Made by a program: the position numbers and the translations under genes
DNA from: Octopus sinensis
Taxonomy: Eukaryota
Length of the DNA: 64,000 bases
Reading direction: 5' to 3'
Assembly (NCBI RefSeq): GCF_006345805.1
Contig: NC_042997.1
Location: 136,462,001-136,526,000 of the forward strand
The notes under the pieces: generated by a model
Told to the model about the DNA's origin: nothing
The model's database searches: none
What the model saw: only the letters and a program-made list of their open reading frames with translations
Shown: in pieces, positions 13,953 through 28,592 of the stretch
How the letters are laid out: every line of letters starts with the position of its first letter
How positions within the stretch are numbered: position 1 is the first letter of the stretch

Positions 13953-14593
13953 CTAGCAGTATCGCCCGGCGTTGCTCGGGTTTGTAAGGGAAATAACTAT
14001 ATAAGCATTTTTAGAGAGTTATAGCCAAAAAATAGCAAAAAATGCATTAAAAATGGAAAAAATATGATGGTAAATTTTTTTTTTAAATCGTTGACTCATC
14101 GTAGACATTTTTAGAGAGTTACTTCCCTTATATAATAGCGAAAAAATGCATTAAAATGGAAAAAAAAACGATGGTAAATTTTTTTTTAAATCGTAGACTC
14201 GTGTAGACGCTTTCTTAGCCATTTCTGTTTTGGTGTCTTCAAGCCATGAAGTCGTTGTTCTAAAAGAACGCTGGTCTCCTTGACAACACATTACGACGTT
14301 GATTTCCTTACACTCCCTTCCCCACAGGTGCAGGTGTGAGCGTGGACGCCAACTCCGCCGCCATCGACACACGAAAAATTATGCATTAAAATGGAATAAA
14401 AAATGATGTTAAATTATTTTTAAAATCGTAGACTCATCGTAGACGCGCGCTAATACTCAGACGGGCTCGATATGAATCACGACTATAAGCTACCCGAATT
14501 TGATTAAACTGCACCGCAAAATGTGGGAGTAGTTAGGAATCTAAATCGAAGGGGACAGACACTCATACAACTACAGTTTTATATATATATAGA
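13953..14593 (-). mobile_element. Non-autonomous Helitron
   Basis: Minus strand starts TC and ends with hairpin CCCGAGCAACGCCGGG then CTAG. Sits between A and T with no TSD. Confidence 0.8.
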
Positions 14594-14639
14594 TATACAT
14601 AGCGCAGTAGTGGTGAGATGTGACAGCAAAGAAAAGCAT

Positions 14640-15207
14640 ACATTCACTCTCTGCATGCAATTAGACTCGGAAAGTTCGTGAGGAACCCATTGACCCAATT
14701 TGCTGACTTTTCCGATAGCACACAGGTGTCAATGAATGGTTGAATGACCAAATCCAAGCTTCTCTGCTAGTTCCTCAACAGTTACGATGAGATTTTGTTC
14801 CACCAGGGTTTTCAGGATGTCCTTGTCGAGTTCTACAGATCTTTCAGGATGAGGCTCGTCTTCTAGGCTGTAGTTTATGGCTCGGAATTTCTGGAACCAC
14901 CATTGACACTGCCTTACGCTTATTGTCCAATCCCCATATACTGCATTAATATTTCTTGTACTTTCCGTTGCGTTGTTGTCTTTATTGAACTCATAAAGCA
15001 AAATATGCCAAATATGCTCCTTTGTTACTTCCAATATAGCTTTGAAAAAAATAGCTGTTAAAATCGAAATGCACTCTTCAAAACTTGCACTATGAATAAG
15101 GACAAGATAAAATTACTACCTGCTTTTATAGCAAGATAATATAAGTAGTTTATCCCATTCCCCTCTGACTTTTAGTTCAAGCTGTTGAAAAAACCGCATT
15201 ATTATAT
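14640..15207 (-). mobile_element. mariner 5' remnant (Mos1-type HTH, ORF 14729-15034)
   Basis: MEVTKEHIWHILLYEF...NATESTRNINAVYG...QWWFQKFR...SLEDEP...ELAEKLG. Confidence 0.85.
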
Positions 15208-15619
15208 ATATATACATACATACATACATACATATACACACACACTCTCTCTCTCTCTCACACATGCACACATTTATATTCTGTTATTCTTTTATATGTT
15301 TCAGCCTTGAGGTTGTGGCCATGCTGGATCATGTGTGTGTGTGTGTGTGTGTCTATCTGTCTGTCTGTCTGTATGTATATATGTATATGTATGTGTGTGA
15401 ACAATAATATTTTCAACAGATGTGTTGCAAATGTATCTGATTGTTCTCAAGCTTCAATACTGTGTGTGTGTATGTGTGTGTGTATGTATGTATGTATATG
15501 TATGTATGTATGTATGTATATGTATGTATGTATGTATGTGTGTATGTATGTGTGTGTATGTATGTATGTGTGTATGTGTGTGTGTATATGTATGTATGTA
15601 TGTATGTATGTATGAGTGT

Positions 15620-16091
15620 ATGTTTACTTTATTACTAACACAAGCCACTACGGTTATTTAATGTAAAGTCTTCCTCAAATCACTCTCTCTCGCTATGTAC
15701 TCTCTTCCAAGAACATTTTCACTCACTCTTATCTCTTAGCTTCCCATACATTTTACTCATGTATCTATCAGCGTCATAGACAGAAACAAATATTACATCG
15801 CCATCGTCATCGCATTCTATTGTCTACCTGTCAACACACTGAATTACTTTCACTTTATTCGTAGCACACTGTGTGTGTGCGTTTGCGTGTGCTGTAAACC
15901 GGACTAAGAAAAGCATTTGTTTTCTGTAAATTTTGCTTAATTGGAGTTTAAATTTTAAAAACTGGACCTGGCATGACCCGATGCATTCTACTCTTAAAAA
16001 TGCTAGGTAAATTGTAATTGAAGAAATCCTATATTGTAGATTTCTATAAGATACAAAGGGAGGCAGATAAAATCTGCCTTTTATAATAAGA
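15620..16091 (-). mobile_element. Helitron 5' segment
   Basis: Closely similar to 17800-18179 and 19630-19932. Minus strand begins TCTTATTATAAAAGGCAGATTT. Confidence 0.7.
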
Positions 16092-16489
16092 CTAGCAGTA
16101 TCGCCCGGCGTTGCTCGGGTTTGTAAGGGAAATAACTATATAAGCATTTTTAGAGAGTTATAGCCAAAAAATAGGAAAAAAATGCATTAAAAATTGAAAA
16201 AAAATTAAGGTAATTTTTTTTTTAAATCGTTGACACATCGTAGATATTTTTAGAGAGTTACTTCCCTTATATAATAACGAAAAATATGCATTAAAATGGA
16301 AAAATATGATGGTAAATTTTTTTTAAATCGTAGACTCATCGTAGACGCGCGCTAATACCCAGAAGGGCTCGATATGAATCACGACTATAAGATACCCGCT
16401 TTTGGTTAAACTGCACCGCAAAATGTGGGAGTAGTTACGAATCTAAATCGTAGGAGACAGACACACAACTTCACTCTTATATATAAAGA
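16092..16489 (-). mobile_element. Short non-autonomous Helitron, same family as 13953-14593
   Basis: 5' TC, 3' hairpin plus CTAG, high similarity to the 13953 copy. Confidence 0.8.
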
Positions 16490-16601
16490 TATAAGCCACG
16501 TAGTTATATACACATACTTTGTTATATACACATTCTTAAAAGAAAATGTTATTTTGAACACAACATTTACAAAGAATAAAATATTTTTTGGTTTTTCTTA
16601 A

Positions 16602-17425
16602 CCCTTTCGTTACTATATTTCTGACCAAAATACACCCCTTATGTGTTTCAATTAATTTCTAACGTAATCATAAATTTAGTCTGGTTTCATTAAACAACTA
16701 TAACTTTTTTATTTATGAATATATTAATCTGATTTTTGGAAGATAATTTAGTGAAATGTTCTCAACCAATTCTATACTATAATTTTTGTCACAAAGTGAC
16801 TCTAATTGCAGGTAGATACAGGTAAATTCAACAATATATAAAATTATTAAAATTTTGTTCAAACATCGCTATAGAAAATGGGTTATTAGCTAATATTCAA
16901 TTGGGTATACAACAAAATTTTACGATAGAATTTGTTATTCTGGGTAACTTTCTAATACCCATAATAATATTTATGGCAAAATAGGCCTTAATTTCATTTA
17001 AGGTTGTGGGAAATAACAAACTATCGTTTCTTTCGCTTTGTTTAGGTTGAGATCAAATACCACATGCTTTTTTTTTTTCAGTCATAGAGTTAGATTTATG
17101 AAGGTCTTCAGTAGAAAATCCTTCGAATTCTGACTCGCTGCTTGATATAATGAAATTCGTATCCATTTTTTGTCAGAATTACAAATTTTGAAAACACAAT
17201 AGGAACAAATTTCGGGAAAAAATCTCCCATAATTCACGGAATTAAAATTACACTTCGATTTTTGTACAAAACTGTAGTTGAACTGTTTACGAAGTATAAT
17301 ACGTGTTTTCACGAATGTTCTAAAGAGATTTACTCTGATATTCTCATTTAAATATGAATAGGTAAATTCGGGCGGCTTGGTCACATTAACCAAAATTTTT
17401 TTCGGGCGGTTTGGTAACGAAAGGG
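16602..17425. mobile_element. Non-autonomous piggyBac element
   Basis: TTAA|CCCTTTCGTTAC ... GTAACGAAAGGG|TTAA: perfect 12-bp TIRs and a TTAA duplication. Confidence 0.9.
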
Positions 17426-17689
17426 TTAAACGGATGCATACATTTATTAATAACTATATATAAGTGTCGTCTGTTTATACATAAACACTGTTTCATACTG
17501 CAATTATATGTACATATATCTATATATAATATTATATAATAAAATATATACAGAGTAAAATAAAAACCAATTTACCTTTTCTGTATTGTTATTCGACCGT
17601 CCGTGTGTCTTTGCAAATGTGTTGGAATGATAAGTGAGTTGTGTTTTGGCGCCTTTTTTTACTAATAACAAACACACACGTGTTTGTAT

Positions 17690-18179
17690 GTAGTTGTTTG
17701 AAACGTTTGTGTTTGCCACTCTCATATATGTATGTGTATGCGTGTGTGTGAGGAATGACACACACACACTCACGCACGCACACATGTACATCAATGCTTT
17801 TATGAGCGTCATAGAGAGAAACAAATATTACATCGCCATCGCCATCGCCATAGCCATCGCCATAGCCATCGCTATCGCATTCTATTTCCTACCTGTCAAC
17901 ACACAGTGAATTAGTTTCAGTTTATTCATTGCACACTGTGTGTGTGCGTTTGCGTGTGCTGTAAACCAGACTAATAAAAGCATTTGACACACACACCAGA
18001 ATGTGAGTTTTCTGTAAATTTTGCTTAATTGGAGTTTAAATTTTAAAAACTGGACCTGGCATGACGCGATGCATTGTACTCTTAAAAATTCTAGGTAAAT
18101 TGTAATTGAAGAAATCCTATATTGTAGATTTGTATAACTCCCAAAGGGAGGCAGATAAAATCTGCCTTTTATAATAAGA
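17690..18179 (-). mobile_element. Helitron 5' segment with (CATCGC)n expansion
   Basis: Paralogous to 15620-16091 with the same TCTTATTATAAAAGG terminus. Confidence 0.7.
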
Positions 18180-18187
18180 TATATATA

Positions 18188-18271
<84 letters not shown>

Positions 18272-18272
<1 letters not shown>

Positions 18273-19357
18273 TAGCAGTATCGCCCGGCGTTGCTCGGGT
18301 TTGTTTCGACCCGCTGGAATTGTAATTTTGAAAAGTAAAAATTTTGTGAACATTTTTCTGGTCGAAATACACCGAAAAGTGGCGACACAGCAGTGAAAAA
18401 ATCGTAAAAAATAGGGATTTTCATAGAAAAAAGCATCTTTTTGATGTAAATAATTTTTGGTGTTAACATGGTCCGATTTGAATTTTATGTTCTACGGAAG
18501 GAAGAGCAACCCTTCTTCTACCATACTCTCAATTTTGGTCAACTTGCGCCGCAGGGTCTCGGAGGAGATAGTGTTAGTTGAAGGTTACCATTCTAGGTGC
18601 CTGAGTAACAACCTCGCGGATTTACAGATAAATGAATTAATTACTATTTTACAGAATAAAATTAAATAATTCTTGAAAATTAATTAATATTAATATTTTT
18701 TGAACAAAGTAAATAATTTTTAAAACTTAAATAATAATTTTTTTTACACAAACGCGAAGGGGGAAAAAGGGGTGGCGAATTCGATTTACATACCTAAATT
18801 TTTTCTTTTTCATGACATTGTAGCAAAATAGTAGTGAATTATATAAATACCAGCAGTACATTTTTTTTTCTGGGGTATTTTTTTTCAACCTCGTCACATA
18901 TTTGCCCCTTTCAATTTAAACAAAGTCTTAATTAAGCAATTACGGCAGCTTAGCAATGGTTTCAATACAGGCGTGACATCTGTATCTCAATTGTTCAAAA
19001 CTCTTCGAATTTTTTCGCACGTGATGATATCATAGTGAAAACTTTCAATTACGCGCGCTTAGAAGTACGCTCGCAAATTAATACTACCAACATTTTGAAG
19101 TTCGCGCTCCGCTTGTGTGTGTGTGTGTGCGTGCTTTAGGTGTACGTAGGTATGTGTTTTTGTGTGTGTGTGTCACTGAAGCCATACATACATATATACA
19201 TACATAACCTCTCTCTCTCTTTTCTCTCTCAGTCCCTCACTACAAAAAGTGAATAAAAAAGTTCAGTTATTTCTGTCTTTCACTCTGTCTGTCTCTTTAC
19301 ACACACTAACAAAAGCACTTCACTTACACACCACACTTTCTGTGTCGCAAAACCCAT

Positions 19358-19392
<35 letters not shown>

Positions 19393-19929
19393 GCACGCAT
19401 GTACATCAATGCTTTCGGAGTGAAATGTTAAAATATTGAGTTTTCTCGAATTTTGTCTTAATTGGGGGTGAAATTGAAAGAAATATATTATGGCATGACC
19501 GAATGGAGTACTTTGAAAAATCTTAGGTAAACTCTAATTGAAGAAATTGTGTGAGGAGTAAATCGTTATGTATTTATTTGTTTCTGTTTGCTGTGTTTTT
19601 TTTATTTTTTGAGTAGTGGTTTAAATACTTTCAGTTTAGTCTTCCTCAAATCACTCTGTCGCTATTTACTTTCATTTTATTCGTTGCACACTGTGTGTGT
19701 GCGTGTGCGTGTGGTGTAAACCACATTAAGAAAAGCATTTGACATACACACCAGAATGTGAGTTTTCTGTATTTTGCTTAATTGGAGTTTAAATTTTAAA
19801 AACTGGACCTGGCATGACCCGATGCATTCTACTCTTAAAAATGCTAGGTAAATTGTAATTGAAGAAATCCTATATTGTAGATTTCTATAAGTTACAAAGG
19901 GAGGCAGATAAAATCTGCCTTTTATAATA

Positions 19930-19932
<3 letters not shown>
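18272..19932 (-). mobile_element. Non-autonomous Helitron, about 1.66 kb, both termini present
   Basis: CTAG plus hairpin at 18272-18300 identical to the 13953 and 16092 copies. 5' TC at 19931-19932. Inserted in (TA)n. Confidence 0.8.
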
Positions 19933-20005
<73 letters not shown>

Positions 20006-20726
20006 TTTTACGTACATGCGTATATATCACAGTAATGTTCGTTTGTGTATGTTATGAGTTTCTTCCACCATCTACTTTATCTTGTCACCGTTTATGGAAA
20101 GAGAAGAGAGGCACAATAGTTATTGCTAGTATCTCAGAGACATTTTTGTTCAACATTTTTGCTCTACAGTTGTTAATTTTTCGATTGCCAAAAAATAAAT
20201 TACATATTTCTACAGAGATAAAATAAAATTAAAAGAAATTAAAACTGTGCAATGAATCTTTTCCACAACTTTGACACTTTCCCCATATTGATGGTAAGAT
20301 TCTGCAAATGAAACTATCTAAAGCTAGGGGAAATTGGACGGAAGTCGATATTTTATGGTGATAAGAAAGCCCCTCTAAATTATTATGAATGAAGGCATGC
20401 GTACATATGCTTGCTTTCTAAAATTCGATGACCAGAGTATCAAACTCGTTATAAAATGTCAAAAACTTCGTTTTTAAAATTAATCTGAATACATTTGCAT
20501 ATCTTTAATCAAAGGCTGTTCATCTGAAATTTTAAAATTATCTTTGGATATTCACAATCCAGACTGCCTCATAAGCCACATTACTAAACCAGTTCAAACG
20601 CATTATGTGTGTGCATGTGTGATTACGTGTGTGCGTGTGCGTATGTACGTTTGTGTTTGCTTGTGTGTGTGTGTGTGTGTGTGTATGTGTGTGCATGTGT
20701 GTTTACGTGTATGCGTGTGCGTATGT

Positions 20727-20777
<51 letters not shown>

Positions 20778-22281
20778 GTGTGTGTGTGTCTGTTATCTGG
20801 TAGTAACTGAGTGAAATGAGTATTGCTGACATTCAACTCCGATTAATTATTAATTTAGATCCCAGAGTGAATTGATAACAATTAGAAATCTTAAAATACA
20901 AATGCATATCAACACTATGCAGTCCCATACTACAAAGTCCCTTGCTTTGTTCTGAGTGTTATATGATTATGTGAATGTACATGTGTGAGTATGCGTGGGT
21001 GCATGATTGATGACACACACACATATAGGTACTCTATCGATTTTCCGGCAACTAATGATTTAGTAACTCTTTTAATCTGGACATAATTATATGACAACAC
21101 TAAGATTTCTGATGACCATTATTAATAACTTTTAGTTGTCAGTCCTTAACGACACGCATTTATTTACCTACTAATAACAAATTATGAAGCCAGAAATACT
21201 CTCCTTTCATGTAATTATAATGATATAAACATGCAAAAGCTTATATGCCACGCGCTAACAGACTAAGGATTCCACTCTTGACGAAGAATGAATTAATAAC
21301 TTCACTGTAGAGAATGCAATGTCCCAGGATAGAAGAGGGAAAATTAAATATATGCCCGTCAAAGTTGCGTTTTAAGACAGGGCCTGTGGGAGGCTAATGG
21401 TTAGAAAGTGAATGTGTGGTATTGAATTTTGTGTTATATATTTATAGCCCCATGTCATTGTTGTAGAAATATTGAAAGAATGCTTACAACTTTTTAACGT
21501 TTCTGGTGAATAAGTAAAGGTATTTTTTGAAGGCTTAGTAGTAAAGAGATTATTAATAGCATGACAGTAAGCTTCTGGGAATTACTGCCATGTACTTTCT
21601 TATAACTTAACAAAAGAAATAATCCTGCACACGGATCCGAGATAAAGGAAGCTGGAAAACTGGTAGTGTACCAAGGTACCTCTTCTACCAGTCTACTCCC
21701 TAGATATATATTTTATCGAACCCGAATGACTAAAGAGTAAAGTTAACCTCTACGATATTTGAACTCAATTCACAGGAACCTACAAAAAATCCTTCAAGAC
21801 ATTTTGTCGTACACGATAAAAGGTCAACCATTGTCTTCCACTTTTGTTTTTATTTACTGTTTAGTCAGGGATGGTGGAATCGATAGAAGCGTCAGATGAG
21901 AAGTCTGACAGTTATTGTTTTATCTCCTCGTTCTGAGTTTAAATTCCGCCTCAACTTTAACAGTCCTTCCAACAGCCAGAATTAACAAGTTAACTTCTGG
22001 ACCACAAGTGATGATGAAAGCAGTAATGTATACAAGAGGATTGTGATCGTCTGCCGCTGCAGCAGTTGCACGATGATGATGCATACGCCTTATATATATA
22101 TTACGTTTATATATTTGTTTTGCAAGATTTTTTATGTGAAATCGTATGTTGAAACAGATATTGTTGTATTTAGGAATGGTCATTTTGCCAGTTTAGCCAA
22201 TAAAAACACACGCACTATATATTTGGTGTTACTTTGCTTCAGCGTTATTTATTTTTTACATTAATCTTAATCTTATTTCGG

Positions 22282-22321
22282 CCAGAGTTCTTTCGTCACA
22301 CTCCTGTGACCTCATCAGTGG
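22282..22321 (-). ncRNA. Minimal type I hammerhead ribozyme
   Basis: CCA CUGAUGA g GUCAC-aggagu-GUGAC GAAA G aa C UC UGG. Intact core, 5-bp stem II, 3-bp stem I, CUC cleavage triplet. Confidence 0.75.
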
Positions 22322-22555
22322 TGCTTTGATTTCTTCTTTCTTATTTGTGTGTCTCTCCTTACTAACGGTCAGCCATTTTATATTTTGTATTTCTATTGTA
22401 TGTGTCTTCATTTGCGCATGCGTATACCTCTATGTGTGCCTATGTTTAGTTAGTGGGGGGAGTGCCTGTAATATTTGTATCTCTTGTTTATATACGTTCG
22501 TGTGATTTGTTTTTGTCTTTGTTTTATTTTTATTTTGTTCATGTGTTTACACCTA

Positions 22556-22682
<127 letters not shown>

Positions 22683-22819
22683 TGGTCATAAAGTGGCCAA
22701 TGGTTTCACATCCATGAAGCGCTAGGCCTTATAGACGGCACGTCAGACTCAATGGAGGTAAACAAAACCGTCACAGTCAGTTAATATGTAAATTTCGAAA
22801 TAGGCGCAAGAGTAGATCT

Positions 22820-23250
22820 TGGGTGCAGAAGTGGCTGTAAGATAAGAAGCTTGCTCCCCAACCACATGATTCCGGGTTCAGTCCCACTGCGTGGCACCTT
22901 GGGCAAGTGTTTTTCATTATAGCCTCGGATCGTGAGTGGATTTGGTAGACGGAAACTGAAAGAAGCCCGTTGTATATGTATATGTGTGTGTGTGTATGTA
23001 TGTATGTATGTATGTATGTATGTATGTATGTATGTACGTATGTACATGTTTGTGTGTCTCTGTTTGCCCCCCACCAGCCATTACTTGCTGTGTTTACGTC
23101 TCCGTAACTTAGCGCTCAGTAACAGTCTCCAATAGAATAAGTACTAGGCTTTAAAAAATAAGTCCTGGGGTCGATTTGCTCGACTAAAGGTGGTGCTCCA
23201 GCATGGCCGCAGTCATGAAACAAGTAAAAAATGACTGAAACAAGTTAAAA
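22820..23250 (+). mobile_element. SINE family B copy
   Basis: Matches 12707-13110, including GGCACCTTGGGCAAGTG. Confidence 0.85.
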
Positions 23251-23574
23251 AAGAAACAAACAAACAAACAAAAATATTTTTTAAATATCCATAGACATTG
23301 TTCCTCTATCCAAGGAAAAGGGGTGGATTCTTAAGCAATGGGAAAGTATGTTGTTATCTATAAGATAATCATGTTGGAATTATTTTTCTCACGGCTTTTG
23401 ATAGATGCCAATCCTTTTCAAAAATTCAGTAATAATAATGATATTCCTAACATAGAGATAAGACCAAAAATTTAAGAGGCTATGGTTATTCGATTGTGTT
23501 GACCCCAGTACTTTACTACTTTATTTTATCCACCCTAGACGGATGAGAAACAAACTTCGTGAGATTTGAACCCT

Positions 23575-23900
23575 CTCCTATCAGCTATTCCCATACAATT
23601 CCTACGTGCGTCATGAATGTAATTTCAATTATTCACTAACAATAATTACGAGGAAATGTTCCTAGGAATGTATCTAAATGTCTAAAGAAATCCAGTACTC
23701 ACTTCCTTCCCTATCATACACTGCCATCAGTCTGAAGTTGCCTTCATCACTCTCTGTTCACATCCAGGACCAGCGACTTATCAACTGGGTTTAGGAAGAA
23801 CATATTAATCTCCAAAACAGCAGCGTACTGCCACTTGATCCGAGATGACCGATAGAGGAGTAACCCTCATAATCGGCCAGTATATTTCGGAAACTTTGGC
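23575..23900 (-). mobile_element. L1/Tx1-like APE endonuclease remnant
   Basis: Broken frames give LVLDVN..., GNFRLMAVY and DFFRHLDTFLGT. Confidence 0.45.
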
Positions 23901-26900
23901 CTTTTCATGACTACTAGGCCTTGTGCATTGGTGTCAACCATTCTTTATTAAGAGTTACTTGTCTTACTAATCGTTTTGGTGGGGCCCTTGAAAGAGTCAT
24001 TCAACAACCTCAAGTCCTGGATATTTTTAACGCTCCCACGTTTTGTGTAAATCGTTTTCTGAGGAATTTATACATTCCTCGAATTGCTTTCACAAGGGGT
24101 CTATTTTTAATATCATCATCAAAAACCTTGCTTATTATAAACATTTTGTTCTCGTCTGCTTCAACAATGTCATCAACTCCACTTTTTCAGTTTGACAAAT
24201 GATGTAGCTGAGGGGTTCGTCTCACCTGTAGATTGTTGTTATTGTGAGTGTGGTTCCAGCTTTTCTGGTTGCTACCGTTGTTATTATCATGGTATTGTTT
24301 TTGGCATTTGTTGTTATTACTGCTGTGATCATTGAGATTGTTGTTCTTGTAACTATTATTGCTGTTGTTTTGGTATATTACTCGTTTACATACGTTTATG
24401 TTTGGTCACATCTTTTTTACTTGTTTTTTTGTTTTTATTGTTGTTGTTTTGCATTGCTGATCCTTTGAGTTGTTCTGGTTGTTCGGTTCGCTTGTTTTCC
24501 TTTAGTCGCTCCTCTTTTCCTCTGATGTTCGCTCCAATTTGCCATTTTTGAGCACTAACTGATGGAAGACTGGAATATTTTCATTATTCAAGAGATCGGA
24601 GGATAATAGTGTTATGACTGTGCTTTCAGATACTTCCTCCTGTTTTTGTAGCAGTTAAGACGCATTCTTCATAGTGTCTTTTTTTTTTAATTCCTGTAGT
24701 AGAAACTTATGCTATAGCTACTGCTCTTATGGTTGTTGTAGTCAACGGGTGGTGCTCCGCTCTCATCTTCTCCGCGATGATGAATAACTCTGTGAGGCGG
24801 TTTGCATTACCATAAATGTAAAAGTTTGCTTTTTTTGCCCTCGATGAGCACCTGCATTTTCCCATACTCTTCGAGGTAAAAAATAATCAGGTGTGTCAGG
24901 AAGATCCTCTGGTGCAACCAACAGTTGAAATTCCAGTTACATTTCAGCTTTGCTTTGCTAGGGTAGACTGAGGTCCTATAAAGTCTCTATATTCTTCTTC
25001 TAGTACCATCACTGTGGCCTGGTCCCTTTGATGCAGCACATTAGTAACGCTATCTTTGGTTATCCAATGTCCCATACACAGTAGGATCATAATAAAAACT
25101 TGTAATGTGCATGTATTTGTGGCCACAGTATTTGAGTTTCCTACCCGCTACTGCAGATGGCCCCCACTGTCTCGTGTTACTTCCCTCTGGATACGTAAAC
25201 TTCGAAGCGTACACTATCGATATACGTAATTTCTTTTACTGGCTCTGCCTTTCCCTTGATCATGTGGGCAGTTCATTATTTCGTTGAACGCACAAAAGTT
25301 ATGATCTTCTTTGTTGTAGTGTCGTTATTTCTATTTTTTGTTCACTTTTTTAACTTCTGTTGTCCTTGTTGATGTTGTTATTGTTGCTGTCATCATCGTC
25401 TGCATTATTGTCGTTGCTGTTGCCGCTGACTTTGCTTTGGTTGCTACAATAATTCTTGCTTCATGCAGTAGCGTCAATGTAGCAGTAGAAAATGGTGTAG
25501 CAGTGACGTCAAAGACTGTCGTTGCCATGGCGTTCACAACGCTATTCTTGTTCTCAAGCCAAAGCTATGGAATGCTTTCCTTCATTCTTAGACTTACCTG
25601 TGACTTCTCTCTCAACTCACTCCAGTATGAATATTATCTGGATTTATTACTGCAAAGTATTTAATAATATACTACACTCTAAGCTGCTAAATACCCTCCC
25701 CATAAATAAAGCAGTTACAACACTAAAACCGTACATCAACCTTAACGTATCAAAAACAAACAAGCATGTCATTAACAAGTAAAAAGAAGAAAATGAAATC
25801 ATATTCTACATGCACAGAAAAGTTAATCTTCCAAAATAACCTCTCTCCTCCTTTGCCTAGCTCCGACCCCACAAACGAAATTGCTAAATATTCATGATTT
25901 CTAAATACTTACAGGAAACTCAGTGCAAAACCTATTAAAATTTGTCTCAAAATAGGGTCAAGACAAAAGCGTGGTAATTTTTTACTAAAATACTAAACAC
26001 TTAACTGACTGTTAGAAATAGAGAAATAGGTAATAAATACACTAGCCATTTCATAATTAAACTATTTCCAACATAATAAACTGGAAGGACGCGAGTAAGA
26101 CTGTGAAAACACTATGAGTAATACATGGAGTATTAGGTATGATATAAAAATAAACATGAACAAAACCATAAAAAAATTATGTAAGGACTCACAATTCTAC
26201 AGGCATTCAACAAAATAGCCTGTTATTTGCAACCTATATCCTACACAAGATAGTCCTTTCAATGATATAACTCGAACAAAACATACTAGTTGCACATAAC
26301 GCATACTCTCTACGACCATGATCCAATAACAATTCATATCCCATGCAACACCACTCAGTAACACGACTCGAGGACAGCATAGTCATCGGAATAACCACCA
26401 AATATAACAGAAGCCACACAGCATATACGGCATATACTCAATACTCAAGAAAATAATACAACACATCCTCCGACTTAACCGATGCCTGTCACTATATCAT
26501 CAACCGACACAACTGTTGTCCGTTAGTATAACAATTCAAAACAAAGAATGGCCCAGAAAGGAGATAGAAGCAGGAGCCAATCAAGGTACACCACAGATCC
26601 CCGATTACGTTTATTGCCACAGGACAGTACCCTATCCTAGCTGTCATCTCCGGTCTATAGGGACATGTTCAGAGTAGGTCCATTCACTTGTACATATACC
26701 TTTATTTACCTTCCAGGAAAGTTACTGGAGGACGGAAACTCCTTCTACACACTTAACTTCTTTTCTGAGTTATAATTTGGAAATATTGATGGGGCTTGGC
26801 AGAAGAGGGAAGCGTCTACCCTCAGGCCTTACAGTCATGTCTAGAATGCTTGTCTGCGAATGAGTTCGAGCCTATTTTTAAAGACAAACTTCACTTTTAT

Positions 26901-28549
26901 CATGCTCAGCATTATAAAAGCGAGGTTTGTGAGTGCTTGCCACGATGTGCGAAATTGATGATACGATAAATTTTAGTGTTGATGCATCTGTAAGTTATAT
27001 ATCATCTACAATGTCAAGCTTTCCTGCTGATACAAATAAAAATATCCATCTACCTTCCTTCTTTACGACATTCCTGACTATCAGAAGTACTCACTGCCTA
27101 TACGTGTAAGTGTACTGTCGAAAGCAATTTTTGTTATATTCAGTAGTGCTTGTAGTTGCGGTTATGTTATCGATGTTCATGTTGCAAGTACGAAAGTATT
27201 TTATTTGGGAATTCTTTGTTGAAGTTAAATAAACTCCGGTTAGTCTCATCTTTTTCATTTCTGCTTTCGCTTTTTTTGCAGCCGATGATGACAATGCTGT
27301 CATTACTGTTGTTATTAATGTTGTTATTGCTGTTGTTGCTTTTATTACTGTACTGGTGTAGTTGTGGATGATTTTGTTGTTATTACTGTTGTTTCTGTAA
27401 TTACTGCTGTTTCCGTTGTTGTTACTGTGACTGTTGTTTTTATAATTGGTGTTGAAAATGTCTTCCTCTGTATCTTTTTTAGAGTTAGAACACCGGTTTC
27501 TTAACCAAAACCACAATTATTTTGACTCTCGCTTACGTTTTACTTCTACGTATTTTAATTGCTTCACTTGCACTGCTCCATTCCTTTAGTATCTTTTCTC
27601 GAAGATTATTAAATTGTTTTCCCTCTTCAAATTTGGGCGTTAAAAGTCGTTCAAGTACAAATCTAAATTTTAAAAACATGAATTAGACCCACAAAGACTC
27701 AACTGCTTCTCTCCCATATCAATTGCACAAAAAATATTAACTATTAAAACTTCAGGTAACTTGACTGTGAAAATTATGAGAGCTAGAGCTGAAGGTGACT
27801 TCTAGGTATGACAACAATAGTAATATTCAAGAATAACGGAGAAATCTGCTTATTAATTAGTTGGAATTATGGAACTTTTACTTAGAGAAAGCAATTATTA
27901 AATTTTCCATTGTCTCGAAAAAATGTTTAATTCCAATTTTAATATATTTTTACCAAAATGCAATTTCCAAATTTCTTTTCAACAAAACGATTAATTTTAA
28001 TTCGCTCCCGGCGTTTTATTAAATCTGAAAATGCAAGGCAGTAAGACTGCTTCTAATGCTTCACTGTCTTGCTGCCTTCTCACTCTCTTTCCATCTCTTC
28101 TTAGTTTGTGTAATTCCGATAGTTAATTCCTTTGCTGAAACCACCACTATTCGTTTTATCGCAGCTCATATGACAAGCAGGAATAAAAAAAAATATCCTT
28201 TCCCATCACTGTATATCAATAGTTGTGCGTTCATATAGTTTAGATTATTAATACATTTTAGTATTAATACAGTCGACGGAAAAGAAATAGGAAACAAAAG
28301 TGAGTGTTTTAATATGAATTCTTTTCCAGTACAACTCTTAACATTTTTATGATGCCTTAAAAAAAATCACTTTAAACATCAGAGATTCTGAGCCTGCAAT
28401 TTTGTTTATATAACATTTTCTTTTAACAACAAACTAGCGATCGAAATATATATTATACAAAACAAAATATATTAATAAACATACACTTTAAATGCAAACG
28501 AAATACATCAATATACAAAACAAAATATGTTCATACACATATGTGTGTG

Positions 28550-28588
<39 letters not shown>

Positions 28589-28592
<4 letters not shown>

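Noticed and set aside
24200-27520. Val/Thr/Asn-rich ORFs and possible LINE pieces
   Set aside because: These are degenerate (GTT)/(GCT) tracts, and the remaining sequence is too decayed to classify.
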